Positions 23,764-24,000 of a stretch of 24,000 bases of DNA are shown piece by piece; the first letter of the stretch is position 1; every line of letters begins with the position of its first letter. Position numbers and translations under genes: made by a program. This stretch comes from Thermoplasmata archaeon (GTDB lineage Archaea; Thermoplasmatota; Thermoplasmata; RBG-16-68-12; JAFNFQ01): NCBI GenBank assembly GCA_041489255.1, contig JBGPQV010000014.1, forward strand, positions 17,304 to 41,303. The letters run 5' to 3'. The notes beneath the pieces are model-generated. The model was not told the origin of the DNA. It ran no database searches and saw only the letters and a program-made list of their open reading frames with translations.

Positions 23764-24000
23764 GTGTCTCGCTCGTGGAACATCCCCGGCAGGCTGGTGC
23801 TCTACAGGGATGAGAGCACGCCGCGCCTTGATGTCGGCGAAATCGCCGCCTATCTGCAGAAGACCATCGGCATTCCGACTGAGACGAAGCAGGATTTTCT
23901 CAGGGAATATGGCCGGGGAGACCTGCGAGATATCGCCGAGAGGATCGCCGGGACCAGAGTGAGGAACGTGGACAAGCCATTCGAAGCAGAGCAGGCGGCA
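23764..24000 (+). CDS. Hypothetical protein, N-terminal 79 codons (continues beyond window end)
   Basis: The frame is open from GTG 23764 (or TTG 23758) to the window end: VSRSWNIPGRLVLYRDESTPRLDVGEIAAYLQKTIGIPTETKQDFLREYGRGDLRDIAERIAGTRVRNVDKPFEAEQAA. Codon third positions are GC-rich like neighbouring genes. The family is not recognised. Confidence 0.5.
   Translation, partial: MSRSWNIPGRLVLYRDESTPRLDVGEIAAYLQKTIGIPTETKQDFLREYGRGDLRDIAERIAGTRVRNVDKPFEAEQAA

Noticed and set aside
1-24000. Mobile element or genomic island signatures such as an integrase, transposase, terminal inverted repeats, or tRNA-flanked direct repeats around the Top6A-like gene.
   Set aside because: None is visible in the window. 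Composition and codon style of the Top6A-like gene match its neighbours. The region left of coordinate 1 is unseen, so an island boundary there cannot be excluded.

Overview
GC-rich (about 60%), tightly packed archaeal chromosomal segment, probably Thermoplasmatota-like, though I cannot verify taxonomy without a search. Archaeal markers are DnaG primase, a GINS subunit, a LonB-type AAA+ module, Thi4, AlaX, a type-A-like RNase P RNA, and A/T boxes 25-30 nt upstream of many start codons, which implies leaderless mRNAs. About 25 protein genes are supported. They comprise an information-processing cluster (Spo11/Top6A-like protein, rnpB, GNAT, LonB-like ATPase, dnaG, Roadblock, small Toprim protein, DUF167, GINS), two large N-glycosylation-sequon-rich surface proteins (one fused through a membrane segment to two cytoplasmic wHTH domains), an MFS transporter, AlaX, an acyl-CoA dehydrogenase, a four-gene polar amino-acid ABC importer and Thi4. 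No transposase, integrase, CRISPR array, rRNA or tRNA was found. Most spacers are 3-60 nt, so the 1.17-kb gene-free island at 16546-17712 is the main unexplained signal. It contains a helically phased 21-bp tandem array of about 16 units built on a TTCnC-N4-GnGAA dyad, a cluster of the same core in inverted orientation, and GC palindromes. Other leads are a stand-alone Top6A/Spo11-like gene with no Top6B partner, a dnaG-coupled LonB-like ATPase lacking both membrane anchor and protease domain, the membrane-tethered tandem-wHTH protein, and a 12-bp hairpin just 3' of RNase P RNA that duplicates part of the RNA. All functional calls rest on motifs I read in the translations and on recalled family knowledge; no database search was possible.
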